Made by a program: the position numbers and the translations under genes. This document shows positions 60,701-64,000 of a stretch of 64,000 nt of DNA, piece by piece. Within the stretch, counting starts at the first letter, position 1; every line of letters begins with the position of its first letter. The stretch is from Heteronotia binoei (lineage: Eukaryota), in assembly GCF_032191835.1 (NCBI RefSeq), contig NC_083223.1:114452001-114516000 (forward strand), given 5' to 3'. A model generated the notes under the pieces. The model saw nothing but the letters and a program-made list of their open reading frames with translations. It was not told the origin of the DNA and searched no databases.

Positions 60701-61431
60701 AATGACATTAAAATTGAAGGAAAAGAAAAGAGCAAACAGAAATGAAAAAAGTTCTGCTTGGAGACAACAAAAAATTAATTTCAAAATTATATAAATTACT
60801 TTTAAAATGGTCTACGGAAGATGAAGTAGTGAAATCTCAAATGATTAAATGGGCAATTAATGTAAATAAAGAAATACAGATGGAAAATTGAGAATATTTG
60901 TGGAAGAACTCTATGAAGCTTTCGACGTGTCATAGTATTAAAGAGAACTGCTTTAAAATGATGTATAGATGGTATATGACTCCTAAGAAATAGGCAAAGA
61001 TGAATAATAAGATGCCAGACAGATGGTGGAAATGTAAAAAACATGAAGGTTCTTTCTACCATATGTGGTGGACTTGTGAAAGAGCAAAAAAGTATTGGCA
61101 GACGATTCAACCAGAAATTTCTAGGATCTTGGGATATGAATTTAAGAAAGTTGCAGAGTCTTTTCTGTTGGGATTACAAATGGAAAAATTTCCAAAAGAA
61201 GATAGAACTATAATTTGGTACTTGCTTTCAGCTGCTAGGGCATTATATGTGCAGTTGTGGAAGCAAGAAAAAATACCAGAGAAATGGGATTGGATTGTAA
61301 AAGTTATGACATGGAGTGAAATGGACAAATTAGCAAGAATTTTAAGAGACTATGATTTAGAAGTTTTTAAGATGGAGTGGAAAAAGTTCAGAAGATATGT
61401 AGAAAAAGAGTGGAAAATAAAAGGACATTAG
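57784..61431 (+). pseudogene. L1 ORF2 (endonuclease, RT, zf-RVT), multiple stops and frameshifts
   Basis: LLSWNVNGLN, CLQEVH, SRIDMLW, KAPGPDG, DQVGFLP, DAEKGFD, RQGCPLSPLLF, AFAD and CKKHEGSFYHMWWTC. Confidence 0.92.
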
Positions 61432-62251
61432 ACAATTTTTGATAATGATTAAGTCTTAGAAAAAAGAAGAATATTAATTTTTGTTTTTATTAGTTAAGGG
61501 TACCTTTAAACATTAGTACTTTAAGTAAATAACACCAGCGGGGGTCAAGAAACGGGGGGAGGGGTGGGTAGAAAGTAATATATGGGATAGATAAAAGAAG
61601 TTATTAATGATGCAAGAAATATAATTTGTTACCATATGTTACCAAATAAAATTGTTTTAACCAGCACAATTCATTGGCTTTTGGTTATAAGCCACCATTT
61701 AAGGAAACTACCTGAACAACATCAAATTTCAAAGAAAACAAACCAATATATTTAAAACTGTATTTCATTCATATCAACCAAAAATGAGATGGCAATTTTT
61801 TTTGGGGGGGGGGGGAGATCTGTCCCTCTCCTCAAAAAATTGTTATATCTATGTTACCAAATTCTTCCTTTAAACAACTAAGTACAGGACAGGGAGATTC
61901 ACTTTGTAAACAGATGCCACTAACTCTTCATGTATGGATGTGGAACACAATCAGGTGAACTAGCTCAAGCCACTTGGAGCTGATCCAAGCTGCCAAAACC
62001 ATAAGCTCCATTATTTCCTTGTACAATCATGTCATGAACTGGAGACTGCTTGAGCATTCCGGGTATTCATAAGAGAAATCTAGTTAACAATGAGATCTAC
62101 AGCTATTCTACAAACTCTTCTCTCTCACTGGAAACAACAGAGCAAAATATATTCATATTTATTTATAAAATGATCTAGAATGAGATTTAACATGTAAAAA
62201 TTAGTGCAAAATAAAACTGCACCCAAAATGAAAAGTGAAAATGTCTACATA

Positions 62252-63936
62252 GAGTATGTCACAGAAGTGAGTACACCCCCTCACATTTTGTAAATATTTA
62301 AGTACATCTTTTCACGTGACAACCCTGAAGAAATGACACTTGGCTACAATGTAAAGTAGTGAGTCTACAGCTTGTAGAATAGGGTAAATGTGCTGTCCTC
62401 TCAAAATTATGCAACACACAGCCCTTAATGTCTAAACTGTCGGCAACAAAAGTGAGTACACCAAGTGATAATGTCCAAGTGGGGGCCAAGTAGCTGTTTT
62501 CCCTCCTTGGTGTCATGTGACTCATTGTACCATTGCATCAGGTGTGAAGGGGGAGCAGGTTATCACTCTCACTCCCTCATACTGGTCACTGGAACTCTCT
62601 GAGGATCTGAAAAAATGAATTGTTGCTCTACATAAAGATGGCCTAGGCCAGGGGTGGCCAACGGTAGCTCTCCAGATGTTTTTTGCCTACAACTCCCATC
62701 AGCCCCAGACAGCGTGGTCAATGACTGGGGCTGATGGGAGTTGTAGGCAAAAAAAAATCTGGAGAGCTACCATTGGCCACCCCTGGCCTAAGCTATAAGA
62801 AGATTGCCAAGGCCCTGAAACTGAGCTGCAGCACAGTGGCCAAGACCATACAGTGGTTTAACAGAACAGGTTCCACTCAGAACAGGCCTCACCATGGTCG
62901 ACCAAAGAAGTTGAGTGCCCGTGCTCAGTGTCATATCCAGAAGTTGGCTTTGGGAAACAGACGTATGAGTGCTGCCAGCATTGCTACAGAGGTTAAAGGG
63001 GTCAGCCTGTCAGTGCTCAGACCATACGTCGCATGCTGCATCAAATTGGTCTGCAGGGCTGCTGTCCCAGAAGGAAGCCTCTTCTAAAGATGATGCACAA
63101 GAAAGCCCACAAACGGTTTGCTGCAGACAAGCAGACTAAGGACATGGATTTCTGGAACCATGTCCTGTGGTCCAAGGAGACCAAGATAAACTTATTTGGT
63201 TCAGATGGTGGCGGCAACCAGGTGAGGAGTACGAAGACAAGTGTGTCTTGCCTACAGTCAAGCATGGTAGTGGAAATGTCTGGGGCTCCATGAGTGCTGC
63301 CGGCACTGGGGACCTACAGTTCATTGAGGGAACCATGAATGCCAACATGTACTGTGACCTACTGAAGCAGAGCATGATCCCCTCCCTTCAGAGACTGATC
63401 CACAGGGCAGTATTCCAACATGATAACGACCCCAAATGACCACTGCCTTGCTAAAGAAGCTGAGGGTAAAGGTGATGGACTGGCCAAGATGCCTCCAGAC
63501 CTTAACCCTATTGAGCATCTGTAAGGCATCCTGAAATGGAAGGTGGAGGTGCGCAAGGTCTCTAACATCCACCAGCTAAATGTTATCGTCATGGAGGAGT
63601 GGAAGAGGACCCCAGAGGCAACCTGTGAAGCTCTGGTGAACTCTATGCCCAAGAGGTTAAGGCAGTGCTGGAAAATAATGGTGGTCACACAAAATACTGA
63701 CACTTTGGGCCCCATTTGAACATTATCACTTAGGGATGTACTCACTTTTGTTGCCAGCAGTTTAGACATTAATGGCTATGTGTTGCGTAATTTTGAGGGG
63801 ACAGCACATTTACACTGTTGTACAAGCTGTAGACTCACTATTTTATATTGTAGCCAAGTGTCATTTCTTCACATGAAAAGATATACTTAAATATTTACAA
63901 AATGTGAGGGGGTGTACTCACTTTTGTGACGTACTG
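62252..63936 (+). mobile_element. Tc1-family transposon with ~210-bp IR/DR-type inverted repeats, transposase decayed
   Basis: TIRs at 62252-62463 and 63731-63936 each carry two aaaagtgagtacacc-like direct repeats. Peptides YKKIAKALKLS, GRPKK, RRKPLL, HVLWSKETK, TVKHG and FQHDNDPK. Left flank is TA, right flank is CA. Confidence 0.93.
62649..62785. mobile_element. Palindromic hAT MITE (137 bp) inserted in the Tc1 transposase
   Basis: caggggtggccaa...ttggccacccctg with ~60-bp arms and 8-bp TSD gcctaggc/gcctaagc. Confidence 0.92.
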
Positions 63937-64000
63937 CATACCTATTCCATTAGGTTTTCTTACTGGATATTGGCAGGCAAGCAACTATCTCCTTTACTAT

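Larger units (their letters stand above)
56014..61664 (+). mobile_element. Full-length L1 (Tx1/L1-like) element, about 5.65 kb, inactivated
   Basis: 19-bp TSD cacaattcattggcttttg (55995-56013 and 61665-61683), ~1-kb 5' UTR starting (g)acttctgggg..aaaatgccg, ORF1, ORF2 (APE, RT, zf-RVT) and a 3' UTR with AATAAA. Confidence 0.93.
1..64000 (-). other. PTPRK: Intragenic region of receptor-type tyrosine phosphatase kappa. Two exons lie inside the window; the flanking exons lie outside it.
   Basis: Two spliced exons join in frame to [66 protein letters not shown], which I recognise as the MAM/Ig junction of PTPRK. I saw neither the preceding MAM exon nor the next Ig exon in the window. Confidence 0.9.

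Noticed and set aside
18437-64000. Additional PTPRK exons (upstream MAM exon)
   Set aside because: I found no segment encoding the expected ..STFWPNEYQ MAM sequence on reading, so the exon presumably lies beyond the window. A very short alternative exon could have been missed.
1-64000. A wholly novel multi-gene system
   Set aside because: Every substantial ORF maps to a known TE class or to PTPRK. The least-understood components are the SGNH cargo ORF and the DIRS methylase-like domain, both already reported in their families.

Overview
This is eukaryotic (vertebrate) genomic DNA, most likely from a squamate and possibly a gecko. That assignment is inferred from a Sauria SINE, a Bov-B end and the L2/CR1/hAT-MITE content. 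The window lies inside the receptor tyrosine phosphatase gene PTPRK on the minus strand. Two coding exons that the ORF track missed are recognisable: 18355-18436 (end of the MAM domain) and 11911-12026 (start of the Ig domain). Everything else is intron, densely filled with transposable elements. These include the 3' end of a probable Ngaro tyrosine-recombinase retrotransposon carrying an intact SGNH-hydrolase ORF and split direct repeats, two DIRS1-like elements (one near-complete, one heavily nested), a decayed hAT transposon, a full-length L1 with a 19-bp target-site duplication (TSD), a Tc1 element with long inverted repeats, L2, CR1, Rex1-like and Bov-B LINE pieces, two solo LTRs, SINEs and MITEs. 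Nearly all ORFs in the supplied track are TE fragments or their antisense shadows. I found no CRISPR array, rRNA or true tRNA gene, and no prokaryote-type system. TE family names and boundaries were assigned by eye from motifs, and many coordinates are approximate.
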